Assembly: GCF_009914755.1 (NCBI RefSeq)
Contig: NC_060937.1
DNA length: 64,000 bases
Strand: one strand, 5' to 3'
Origin: the human T2T-CHM13v2.0 reference genome, Homo sapiens
Below are positions 29,501 through 44,700 of the stretch, piece by piece. A program made the position numbers and the translations under genes. The notes below the pieces were generated by a model, which did no database searches, had not been told where the DNA came from, and worked only from the letters and a program-made list of their open reading frames with translations. Position 1 is the first letter of the stretch. Each line of letters starts with the position of its first letter.

Positions 29501-32500
29501 TATATTACATTAGGTACATAAAATATGAAAGTACATCAAATATAGATTATATACTGTACATAATATATCAAAGTACCCCAAATATATATTATATACTGTA
29601 CATGAAATATCAAAGTTCACAAACTATATATTATATACTGTACATAAAATATCAAAGTACCCAAGGTATATATTCTGTACTGTACAAAAAATATCAAAGT
29701 ACCCAAAGCATGTATTATATACTGTACATAAAATATGAAAGTACATCAAATAAATATTTTATTCTGTACATAAAATATCAAAGTACACCAAATATATATT
29801 CTACAGTGTACATAAAATATCAAAGTACTCAAACTATACATTATAAACTGTACATAAAATTTGAAATTACATCAAATATATACTATATTATGTACATAAA
29901 ATATGAAAGTACATCAAATATAGATTATATACTGTACATAAAATACCAAAGTACACCAAATATATATTTTATACTGTACATGCAATATCAAAGTTCACAA
30001 ACTATATATTATATACTGTACACAAAATATCAAAGTACCGAAGCTATATATTGTATACTGTACAAAAAATATCAAAGTACCCAAAGCATGTATTATATAC
30101 TGTACATAAAATATGAAAGTACATCAAATATATATTTTATTCTGTACATAAAATATCAAAGTACACTAAATATATATTCTATAGTGTACATAAAATATCA
30201 AAGTACCCAAACTATACATTATATAATGTACATAAAATATGAAATTACATCAAATATATATTATATTAGGTACATAAAATATGAAAGTACATCAAATATA
30301 GATTATATACTGTACATAAAATACCAAAGTACCCCAAATACATATTATATACTGTACATTAAATATCAAAGTTCACAAACTATATATTATATACTGTACA
30401 TAAGATATCAAAGTACCCAAGGTATATATTCTATACTGTACAAAAAATATCAAAGTACCCAAAGCAAGTATTATGTACTGTACATAAAATATGAAAGTAC
30501 ATCAAATATATATTTTATTCTGTACATAAAATATCAAAGTACACCAAATATATATTCTATAGTGTACATAAAATATCAAAATACCCAAACTATACAATAT
30601 ATACTGTACATAAAATATGAAATTACATCAAATATATATTATATTAGGTACATAAAATATGAAAGTACATCAAATATAAATTATATACTGTACATAAAAT
30701 ACCAAAGTACCCCAAATATATATTATATACTGTACATGCAATATCAAAGTTCACAAACTATATATCATATACTGTACATAAAATATCAAAGTACCGAAGG
30801 TATATATTCTATCCTATACAAAAAATATCAAAGTACCCAAAGCATGTATTATATACTGTACATAAAATATGAAAGTACATCAAATATATATTTTATTCTG
30901 TACATAAAATATCAAAGTACACCAAATATATATTCTACAGTGTACATAAAATATCAAAGTACTCAAACTATACATTATAAACTGTACATAAAATTTGAAA
31001 TTACATCAAATATATACTATATTATGTACATAAAATATGAAAGTACATCAAATATAGATTATATACTGTACATAAAATACCAAAGTACACCAAATATATA
31101 TTTTATACTGTACATGCAATATCAAAGTTCACAAACTATATATTATATACTGTACATAAAATATCAAGGTACCGAAGCTATATATTCTATACTGTACAAA
31201 AAATATCAAAGTACCCAAAGCATGTATTACATACTGTACATAAAATATGAAAGTACATCAAATATATATTTTATTCTGTACATAAAATATAAAAGTACAC
31301 TAAATATATATTCTATAGTGTACATAAAATATCAAAGTACCCAAACTATACATTATATACTGTACATAAAATATGAAATTACATCAAAAATGTACTATAT
31401 TATGTACATAAAATATGAAAGTACATCAAATATAGATTATATACTGTATGTAAAATACCAAAGTACCCCAAATAAACATTTTATACTGTACATGAAATAT
31501 CAAAGTTCACAAACTATATATTATATACTGTACATAAAATACCAAAGTACCGAAGGTATATATTCTATACTGTAAAAAAATATCAAAGTACCCAAAGCAT
31601 GTATTATATACTGTATATAAAATATGAAAGTACATCAAATATATATTTTATTCTGTACATAAAATATCAAAGTACACCAAATATATATTCTATAGTGTAC
31701 ATAAAATATCAAAGTACCCAAACTATACATTATATACTGTACATAAAACATGAAATTACATCCAATATATATTATATTAGGTACATAAAATATGAAAGTA
31801 CATCAAATATAAATTATATACTGTACATAAAATACCAAAGTACCCCAAATATATATTATATACTGTACATGAAATATCAAAGTTCACAAACTATATATTA
31901 TATACTGTACATAAAATATCAAGGTACCCATGGTATATATTCTATACTGTACAAAAAATATCAAAGTACGCAAAGCATGTATTATATACTGTACATAAAA
32001 TATGAAAGTACATCAAATATATATTTTATTCTGTACATAAAATATCAAAGTACACCAAATATATATTCTATAGTGTACATAAAATATCAAAGTACCCAAA
32101 CTATACATTATATACTGTACATAAAATATGAAATTACATCAAATATATATTATATTAGGTACATAAAATATGAAAGTATATCAAATATAGATTATATACT
32201 GTACATAAAATACCAAAGAACCCCAAATATATATTATATACTGTACATGAAATATCAAAGTTCACAAACTATATATTATATACTGTACATAAAATATCAA
32301 AGTACCTAAGGTATATATTCTATACTGTAGAAAAAATATCAAAGTACCCAAAGCATGTATTATATACTGTACATAAAATATGAAAGTACATGAAATATAT
32401 ATTTTATTCTGTACATAAAATATCAAAGTACACCAAATATATATTCTATAGTGTACATTAAATATCAAAGTACCCAAGCTATACATTATATACTGTACAT

Positions 32501-35500
32501 AAAATATGAAATTACATCAAATATATATTATATTAGGTACATAAAATATGAAAGTACATCAAATATACATTATATACTGTACATAAAATACCAAAGTACC
32601 CCAAATTCATATTATATACTGTACATGAAATATCAAAGTTCACAAACTATATATTATATACTGTACATAAAATATCAAGGTACCCAAGGTATGTATTCTA
32701 TACTGTACAAAAAATATCAAAGTACCCAAAGCATGTATTATATAGTGTACATAAAATATGAAAGTACATCAAATATATATTTAATTCTGTACATAAAATA
32801 TCAAATTACACCAAATATATATTCTATAGTGTACATAAAATATCAAAGTACCCAAACTATACATTATATACTGTACATAAAATATGAAATTACATCAAAT
32901 ATATATTATATTAGGTACATAAAATATGAAAGTACATCAAATATAGATTATATACTGTACATAAAATACTAAAGAACCCCAAATATATATTATATACTGT
33001 ACATGAAATATCAAAGTTCACAAACTATATATTATATACTGTACATAAAATATCAAAGTACCTAAGGTATATATTCTATACTGTAGAAAAAATATCAAAG
33101 TACCCAAAGCATGTATTATATACTGTACATAAAATATGAAAGTACATCAAATATATATTTTATTCTGTACATAAAATATCAAAGTACACCAAATATATAT
33201 TCTATAGTGTACATTAAATATCAAAGTACCCAAGCTATACATTATATACTGTACATAAAATATGAAATTACATCAAATATATATTATATTAGGTACATAA
33301 AATATGAAAGTACATCAAATATACATTATATACTGTACATAAAATACCAAAGTACCCCAAATTCATATTATATACTGTACATGAAATATCAAAGTTCACA
33401 AACTATATATTATATACTGTACATAAAATATCAAAGTACCCAAGGTATATATTCTATACTGTACAAAAAATATCAAAGTACCCAAAGCATGTATTATATA
33501 CTGTACATAAAATATGAAAGTACATCAAATATATATTTTATTCTGTACATAAAATATCAAAGTACACCAAATATATATTCTATAGTGTACATAAAATATC
33601 AAAGTACCCAAACTATACATTATATACTGTACATGAAATATGAAATTACATAAAATATATATTATATTAGGTACATAAAATATGAAAGTACATCAAATAT
33701 AAATTATATACTATACATAAAATACCAAAGTACCCCAAATATATATTACATACTGTACATGAAATATCAAAGTTCACAAACTATATATTTTATACTGTAC
33801 ATAAAATATCAAAGTACCCAAGGTATATATTCTATACTGTACAAAAAATATGAAAGTACCCAAAACATGTATTATATACTGTACGTAAAATATGAAAGTA
33901 CATGAAATATATATTTTATTCTGTACATAAAATATCAAAGTACACCAAATATATATACTATAGTGTACATAAAATATCAAAGTACCCAAACTATACATTT
34001 TATACTGTACATAAAATATGAAATTATATCAAATATATATTACATTAGGTACATAAAATATGAAAGTACATCAAATATAGATTATATACTGTACATAAAA
34101 TATCAAAGTACCCCAAATATATATTATATACTGTACATGAAATATCAAGGTTCACAAACTATATATTATATACTGTACATAAAATATCAAAGTACCCAAG
34201 GTATATATTCTGTACTGTACAAAAAATATCAAAGTACCCAAAGCATGTATTATATACTGTACATAAAATATGAAAGTACATCAAATAAATATTTTATTCT
34301 GTACATAAAATATCAAAGTACACCAAATATATATTCTACAGTGTACATAAAATATCAAAGTACCCAAACTATACATTATAAACTGTACATAAAATATGAA
34401 ATTACATCAAATATATACTATATTATGTACATAAAATATGAAAGTACATCAAATATAGATTATATACTGTACATAAAATACCAAAGTACACCAAATATAT
34501 ATTTTATACTGTACATGCAATATCAAAGTTCACAAACTATGTATTATATACTGTACATAAAATATCAAAGTACCGAAGCTATATATTCTATACTGTACAA
34601 AAAATATCAAAGTACCCAAAGCATGTATTATTTACTGTACAGAAAATATGAAAGTACATCAAATATATATTTTATTCTGTACATAAAATATCAAAGTACA
34701 CTAAATATATATTCTATAGTGTACATAAAATATCAAATACCCAAACTATACATTATATACTGTACATAAAATATGAAATTACATCAAATATATATTATAT
34801 TAGGTACATAAAATATGAAAGTACATCAAATATAGATTATATACTGTACATAAAATACCAAAGTACCCCAAATACATATTATATACTGTACATTAAATAT
34901 CAAAGTTCACAAACTATATATTATATACTGTACATAAGATATCAAAGTACCCAAGGTATATATTCTATACTGTACAAAAAATATCAAAGTACCCAAAGCA
35001 AGTATTATATACTGTACATAAAATATGAAAGTACATCAAATATATATTTTATTCTGTACATAAAATATCAAAGTACACCAAATATATATTCTATAGTGTA
35101 CATAAAATATCAAAGTACCCAAACTATACATTATATACTGTACATAAAATATGAAATTTCATCAAATATATATTATATTAGGTACTTAAAATATGAAATT
35201 ACATCAAATATAAATTATATACTGTACATAAAATACCAAAGTACCCCAAATATTTATTATATTCTGTACATGCAATATCAAAGTTCACAAACTATATATC
35301 ATATACTGTACATAAAATATCAAAGTACCGAAGGTATATATTCTATAGTGTACAAAAAATATGAAAGTAGGCAAAGCATGCATTATATACTGTACATAAA
35401 ATATGAAAGTACATCAAATATATATTTTATTCTGTACATAAAATATCAAAGTACACCAAATATATATTCTATAGTGTACATAAAATATCAAAGTACCCAA

Positions 35501-38500
35501 AATATACTTTATATACAGTACATAAAATATGAAATTACATCAAATATATATAATAATAGGTACATAAAATATGAAAGTACATCAAATATAAATTATATAC
35601 TATACATAAAATACCAAAGAACCCCAAATATATATTATATACTGTACATGAAATATCAATGTTCACAAACTATATATTATATACTGTATATAAAATATCA
35701 AAGTACTGAAGGTATATATTCTATACTGTACAAAAAATATCAAAGTACCCGAAGCATGTATTATATACTGTTCATAAAATATGAAAGTACATCAAATATA
35801 TATTTTATTCAGTACATAAAATATCAAAGTACACCAAATATATATTCTATAGTGTACATAAAATATCAAAGTACCCAAACTATACATTATATACTGTACA
35901 TAAAATATGAAATTACATCAAATATATATTATATTAGGTACATAAAATATGAAAGTACATCAAATATATATTATATACAGTACATAAAATACCAAAGTAC
36001 CCCAAATTCATATTATATACTGTACATGAAATATCAAAGTTCACAAACTATATATTATATACTGTACATAAAATATCAAAGTACCAAAAGTATATATTCT
36101 ATACTGTACAAAAAATATCAAAGTACACAAAGCATGTATTATATACTGTACATAAAATATGAAAGTACATCAAATATATATTTTATTCTGTACATAAAAT
36201 ATCAAAGTACACCAAATATATATTCTATAGTGTACATAAAATATCAAAGTACCCAAACTATACATTATATACTGTACATAAAATATGAAATTACATCAAA
36301 TATATATTACATTAGGTACATAAAATATGAAAGTACATCAAATATAGATTATATACTGTACATAAAATATCAAAGTACCCCAAATATATATTATATACTG
36401 TACATGAAATATCAAAGTTCACAAACTATATATTATATACTGTACATAAAATATCAAAGTACCCAAGGTATATATTCTATACTGTACAAAAAATATCAAA
36501 GTACCCAAAGCATGTATTATATACTGTACATAAAATATGAAAGTACATCAAATAAATATTTTATTCTGTACATAAAATATCAAAGTACACCAAATATATA
36601 TTGTATAGTGTACATAAAATATCAAGGTACCCAAACTATACATTATAAACTGTACATAAAATATGAAATTACATCAAATATATACTATATTATGTATATA
36701 AAATATGAAAGTACATCAAATATAGATTATATACTGTACATAAAATACCAAAGTACCCCAAATAAATATTTTATACTGTACATGCAATATCAAAGTTCAC
36801 AAACTATATATTATATACTGTACATAAAATATCAATGTGCCCAAGGTATATATTCTATACTGTACAAAAAATATCAAAGTACCCAAAGCATGTATTATAT
36901 ACTGTACATAAAATATGAAAGTACCTCAAATATATATTTTATTCTGTACATAAAATATCAAAGTACACCAAATATATATTCTATAGTGTACATAAAATAT
37001 CAAAGTACCCAAACGATACATTATATACTGTACATAAAATATGAAATTACATCAATTATATATTATATTAGGTACATAAAATATGAAAGTACATCAAACA
37101 TAGATTGTATACTGTGCATAAAATACCGAAGTACCCCAAATACATATTATATACTGTACATGAAATATGAAAGTTCACAAACTATATATTATATACTGTA
37201 CATAAAATATCAAAGTACCCAAGGTATATATTCTATACTGTAGAAAAAATATCAAAGTACCCAAAACATGTATTATATACTGTACATAAAATATGAAAGT
37301 ACATCAAATAAATATTTTATTCTGTACATAAAATATCAAAGTACACCAAATATATATTCTATAGTGTACATAAAATATCAAAGTACCCAAACTATACATT
37401 ATATACTGTACATAAAATATGAAATTACATCAAATATATATTATATTAGGTACATAAAATGTGAAAATACATCAAATATAAATTATATACAGTACATAAA
37501 ATACCAAAGTACCCCAAATATATATTATATACTGTACATGCAATATCAAAGTTCACAAACTATATATTATATACTGTATATAAAATATCAAAGTACCCAA
37601 GGTATATATTCTGTACTGTATAAAAAATATCAAAGTACCCAAAGCATGTATTATATACTGTTCATAAAATATGAAAGTTTATCAAATATATATTTTATTC
37701 TGTACATAAAATATCAAAGTACACCAAATATATATTCTATAGTGTTCATAAAATATCAAAGTACCCAAACCATACATTATATACTGTACATAAAATATGA
37801 AATTACATCAAATATATATTATATTAGGTACATAAAATATGAAAGTACATCAAATATAGATTATATAGCGTACATAAAATACCAAAGTACCCCAAATATA
37901 TATTATATACTGTACATGAAATATCAAAGTTCACAAACTATATATTATATACTGTACATAAAATATCAAGGTACCCAAGGTATATATTCTATACTCTACA
38001 AAAAATATCAAAGTACCCAAAGGATGTATTATATACGGTACATAAAATATGAAAGTACATCAAATATATATTTAATTCTGTACATAAAATATCAAAGTAC
38101 ACGAAATATATATTCTATAGTGTACATAAAATATCAAAGTACCCAAACTATACATTATATACTGTACATAAAATGAGAAATTACCTCAAATATATATTAT
38201 ATTATGTACATAAAATATGAAAGTACATCAAATATAGATTATATACTGTACATAAAATACCAAAGTACACCAAATATATATTTTATACTGTACATGAAAT
38301 ATCAAAGTTCACAAACTATATATTATATACTGTAGATAAAATATCAAAGTACCCAAGGTATGTATTCTATACTGTACAAAAAATATCAAAGTACCCAAAG
38401 CTTGTATTATATAATGTACATAAAATATGAAAGTACATCATATATAGATTATATACTGTACATAAAATACCAAAGAACCGCAAATATATATTATATACTG

Positions 38501-38700
38501 TACATGAAATATCAAAGTTCACAAACTATACATTATATACTGTACATAAAATATCAAAGTACCGAAGCTATATATTCTATACTGTACAAAAAATAGCAAA
38601 GTACCCAAAGCATGTATTATATCCTGTAAATAAAATATGAAAGTACATCAAATATATATTTAATTCTGTACATAAAATATCAAAGTACACCAAATATATA
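11600..38700 (+). repeat. Domain 2: older heterogeneous 378-bp units with dispersed multi-unit duplications
   Basis: There are many private substitutions per unit, sporadic stop codons in the open frame and few indels. Blocks of rare variants recur at offsets of 756, 2,814, 2,855/3,233, 4,535/4,578/4,956, 9,994 and 17,428 bp. Confidence 0.85.
23730..30700 (+). repeat. Near-identical ~2.4-kb duplicated block (~23,730-26,120 and ~28,310-30,700), offset 4,578 bp
   Basis: ORF stops 24540/29118 and ORF starts 24646/29224 are both offset by 4,578 (=109x42). Shared rare variants include CTATAATATG, ATAAATTATG, AAGTCCACC, CATAATATAT, TACACAAAAT and TATTGTATAC. Confidence 0.88.
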
Positions 38701-41700
38701 TTCTATAGTGTACATAAAATATCAAAGTACCCAAACTATACATTATATACTGTACATAAAATATGAAATTACATCAAATATATATTATGTTATGTACAGA
38801 AAATATGAAAATTCATCAAATATAGGTTATATACTGTACATAAAATACCAAAGTACCCCAAATATATATTTTATACTGTACATGAAATATCAAAGTTCAC
38901 AAACTATATATTATATACTGTACATAAAATATCAAAGTACTCAAGTTATATATTCTATACTGTACAAAAAATATCAAAGTACCCAAAGCATGTATTATAT
39001 ACTGTACATAAAATATGAAAGTACATGAAATATATATTTTATTCCGTACATAAAATATCAAAGTACACCAAATATATATTCTATACTGTACATAAAATAT
39101 CAAAGTACCCAAACTATACCTTATATACTGTACATAAAATATGAAATTACATCAAATATATATTATATTAGGTACATAAAATATGAAAGTACATCAAATA
39201 TAGATTATATACTGTACATAAAATACCAAAATACCCCAAATATATATTTTATACTGTACATGAAATATCAAAGTACACAAACTATATATTATATACTGTA
39301 CATAAAATATCAAAGTACCCAAGGTATATATTCTATACTGTACAAAAAATATCAAAGTACCCAAACATGTATTATATACTGTACATGAAATATGAAAGTA
39401 CATCAACTATATATTTTATTCTGTACATAAAATATCAAAGTACACCAAATATATATTCTATAGTGTACATAAAATATAAAAGTACCCAAACTATACCTTA
39501 TATACTGTACATAAAATATGAAATTACATCAAATATATATTATATTAGGTACATAAAATATGAAATTACATCAAATATAGATTATATACTGTACATAAAA
39601 TACCAAAGTACCCCAAATATATATTTTATACTGTACATGAAATATCAAAGTTCACAAACTATATATTATATACTGTACATAAAATATCAAAGTACTCAAG
39701 TTATATGTTCTATACTGTACAAAAAATATCAAAGTACCCAAAGCATGTATTATATACTGTACATAAAATATGAAAGTACAAGAAATATATATTTTATTCT
39801 GTACATAAAATATCAAAGTACACCAAATATATATTCTATAGTGTACATAAAATATCAAAGTACCCAAACTATACCTTATATACTGTACATAAAATATGAA
39901 ATTACATCAAATATATATTATATTAGGTACATAAAATATGAAAGTACATCAAATATAGATTATATACTGTACATAAAATACCAAAGTACCCCAAATATAT
40001 ATTTTATACTGTACATGAAATATCAAAGTTCACAAACTATATATTATATACTGTACATAAAATATCAAAGTACCCAAGGTATATATTCTATACTGTACAA
40101 AAAATATCAAAGTACCCAAACATGTATTATATACTGTACATGAAATTTGAAAGTACATCAAATATATATTTTATTCTGTACATAAAATATCAAAGTACAC
40201 CAAATATATATTCTATAGTGTACATAAAATATCAAAGTACCCAAACTATACCTTATATACTGTACATAAAATATGAAATTACATCAAATATATATTATAT
40301 TAGGTACATAAAATATGAAAGTACATCAAATATAGATTATATACTGTACATAAAATACCAAAGTACCCCAAATATATATTTTATACTGTGCATGAAATAT
40401 CAAAGTTCACAAACTATATATTATATACTGTACATAAAATATCAAAGTACCCAAGGTATATATTCTATACTGTACAAAAAATATCAAAGTACCCAAACAT
40501 GTATTATATACTGTACATGAAATATGAAAGTACATCAAATATATATTTTATTCTGTACATAAAATATCAAAGTACACCAAATATATATTCTATAGTGTAC
40601 ATAAAATATCAAAGTACCCAAACTATACCTTATATAATGTACATAAAATATGAAATTACATCAAATATATATTATATTAGGTACATAAAATATGAAAGTA
40701 CATCAAATATAGATTATATACTGTACATAAAATACCAAAGTACCCCAAATATATATTTTATACTGTATATGAAATATCAAAGTTCACAAACTATATATTA
40801 TATACTGTACATAAAATATCAAAGTACCCAAGGTATATATTCTATACTGTACAAAAAATATGAAAGTACCCAAACATGTATTATATACTGTACATGAAAT
40901 ATGAAAGTACATCAAATATATATTTTATTCTGTACATAAAATATCAAAGTACACCAAATATATATTCTATAGTGTACATAAAATATCAAAGTACCCAAAC
41001 TATACATTATATACTGTACATAAAGTATGAAATTACATCAAATATATATTATATTAGGTACATAAAATATGAAAGTACATCAAAAATAGATTATATACTG
41101 TACATAAAATACCAAAGTACCCCAAATATGTATTTGATACTGTACATGAAATATCAATGTTCACAAACTATATATTATATACTGTACATAAAATATCAAA
41201 GTACTCAAGGTATATATTCTATAGTGTAGAAAAAATATCAAAGTACCCAAAGCATGTATTATATACTGTACATAAAATATGAAAGTACATGAAATATATA
41301 TTTTATTGTGTACAAACAATATCAAAGTACACCAAATATATATTCTATACTGTACATAAAATATCAAAGTGCCCAAACTATACATTATATACTGTACATA
41401 AAATATGAAATTACATCAAATATATATTAGTTACATAAAATATGAAAGTACATCAAATATAGATTATATACTCTACATAAAATACCAAAGTACCCCAAAT
41501 ATATATTTTATACTGTACATGAAATATCAAAGTTCACAAACTATATATTATATACTGTACATAAAATATCAAAGTACCAAAGGTATATATTCTATACTGT
41601 ACAAAAAATATCAAAGTACCCCAACATGTATTATATACTGTACATGAAATATGAAAGTACATGAAATATATATTTTATTCTGTACATAAAATATCAAAGT

Positions 41701-44700
41701 ACACCAAATATATATTCTATAGTGTACATAAAATATCAAAGTACCCAAACTATACATTATATACTGTACATAAAATATGAAATTACATCAAATATATATT
41801 ATATTAGGTACATAAAATGTGAAAGTACATCAAATATAGATTATATACTGTACATAAAATACCAAAGTACCCCAAATATATATTTTATACTGTACATGAA
41901 ATATCAATGTTCACAAACTATATATTATATACTGTACATAAAATATCAAAATACTCAAGGTATATATTCTATACTGTACAAAAAATATCAAAGTATCCAA
42001 AGCATGTATTATATACTGTACATAAAATATGAAAGTACATGAAATATATATTTTATTGTGTACAAACAATATCAAAGTACACCAAATATATATTCTATAC
42101 TGTACATAAAATATCAAAGTTCCCAAACTATACATTATATACTGTACATAAAATATGAAATTATATCAAATATATATTAGTTACATAAAATATGAAAGTA
42201 CATCAAATATATATTTTATTCTGTACATAAAATATCAAAGTACACCAAATATATATTCTATACTGTACATAAAATATCAAAATACCCAAACTATACCTTA
42301 TATACTGTACATAAAATATGAAATTACATCAAATATATATTATATTAGGTACATAAAATATGAAAGTACATCAAATATAGATTATATAGTGTACATAAAA
42401 TACCAAAGTACCCCAAATATATATTTTATACTGTACATGAAATATCAAAGTTCACAAACTATATATTATATACTGTACATAAAATATCAAAGTACCCAAG
42501 GTATATATTCTATACTGTACAAAAAATATCAAAGTACCCAAACATGTATTATATACTGTACATGAAATATGAAAGTACATCAAATATATATTTTATTCTG
42601 TACATAAAATATCAAAGTACACCAAATATATATTCTATAGTGTACATAAAATATCAAAGTACCCAAACTATACCTTATATACTGTACATAAAATATGAAA
42701 TTACATCAAATATATATTATATTAGGTACATAAAATATGAAAGTACATCAAATATAGATTATATACTGTACATAAAATACCAAAGTACCCGAAATATATA
42801 TTTTATATTGTACATGAAATATCAAAGTTCACAAACTATATATTATATACTGTACATAAAATATCAAAGTACCCAAGGTATATATTCTATACTGTACAAA
42901 AAATATCAAAGTACCCAAAGCATGTATTATATACTGTACATAAAATATGAAAGTGCATCAAATATATATTTTATTCTGTACATAAAATATCAAAGTACAC
43001 CAAATATATATTCTACAGTGTACATAAAATATCAAAGTACCCAAACTATACATTATATACTGTACATAAAATATGAAATTACATCAAATATATATTATAT
43101 TAGGTACAGAAAATATGAAAATACATCCAATATAGATTATATACTGTACATAAAATACCAAAGTACCCCAAATATATATTTTATACTGTACATGAAATAT
43201 CAAAGTTCACAAACTATATATTATATACTGTACATAAAATATCAAAGTACCCAAGGTATATATTCTATACTGTACAAAAAATATCAAAGTACCCAAACAT
43301 GTATTATATACTGTACATGAAATATGAAAGCACATCAAATATATATTTTATTCTGTACATAAAATATCAAAGTACACCACATATATATTCTATAGTGTAC
43401 ATAAAATATCAAAGTACCCAAACTATACATTATATACTGTACATAAAATATGAAATTACATCAAATATATATTATATTAGGTACATAAAATATGAAAGTA
43501 CATCAAATATAGATTATATACTCTACATAAAATACCAAAGTACCCCAAATATATATTTTATACTGTACATGAAATATCAAAGTTCACAAACTATATATTA
43601 TATACTGTACATAAAATATCAAAGTACTCAAGTTATATATTCTATACTGTACAAAAAATATCAAAGTACCCAAAGCATGTATTATATACTGTACATAAAA
43701 TATGAAAGTACATCAAATATATATTTTATTCTGTACATAAAATATCAAAGTACACCAAATATATATTCTATAGTGTACATAAAATATCAAAGTACCCAAA
43801 CTATACATTATACACTGTACATAAAATATGAAATTACATCAAATATATATTATATTAGGTACATAAAATATGAAAGTACATCAAAAATAGATTATATACT
43901 GTACATAAAATACCAAAGTACCCCAAATATATATTTTATATTGTATATGAAATATCAAAGTTCACAAACTATATATTATATACTGTACATAAAATATCAA
44001 AGTACCCAAGGTATATATTCTATACTGTACAAATAATATCAAAGTACCCAAACATGTATTATATACTGTACATGAAATATGAAAGTACATCAAATATATA
44101 TTTTATTCTGTACATAAAATATCAAAGTACACCAAATATATATTCTATAGTGTACATAAAATATCAAAGTACCCAAGCTATACCTTATATACTGTACATA
44201 AAATATGAAATTACATCAAATATATATTATATTAGGTACAGAAAATATGAAAATACATCCAATATAGATTATATACTGTACATAAAATACCAAAGTACCC
44301 CAAATATATATTTTATTCTGTACATGAAATATCAAAGTTCACAAACTATATATTATATACTGTACATAAAATATCAAAGTACCCAAGGTATATATTCTAT
44401 ACTGTACAAAAAATATCAAAGTACCCAAACATGTATTATATACTGTACATGAAATATGAAAGCACATCAAATATATATTTTATTCTGTACATAAAATATC
44501 AAAGTACACCAAATATATATTCTATAGTGTACATAAAATATCAAAGTACCCAAACTATACATTATATACTGTACATAAAATATGAAATTACATCAAATAT
44601 ATATTATATTAGGTACATAAAATATGAAAATACATCAAATATAGATTATATACTGTACATAAAATACCAAAGTACCCCAAATATATATTTTATACTGTAC

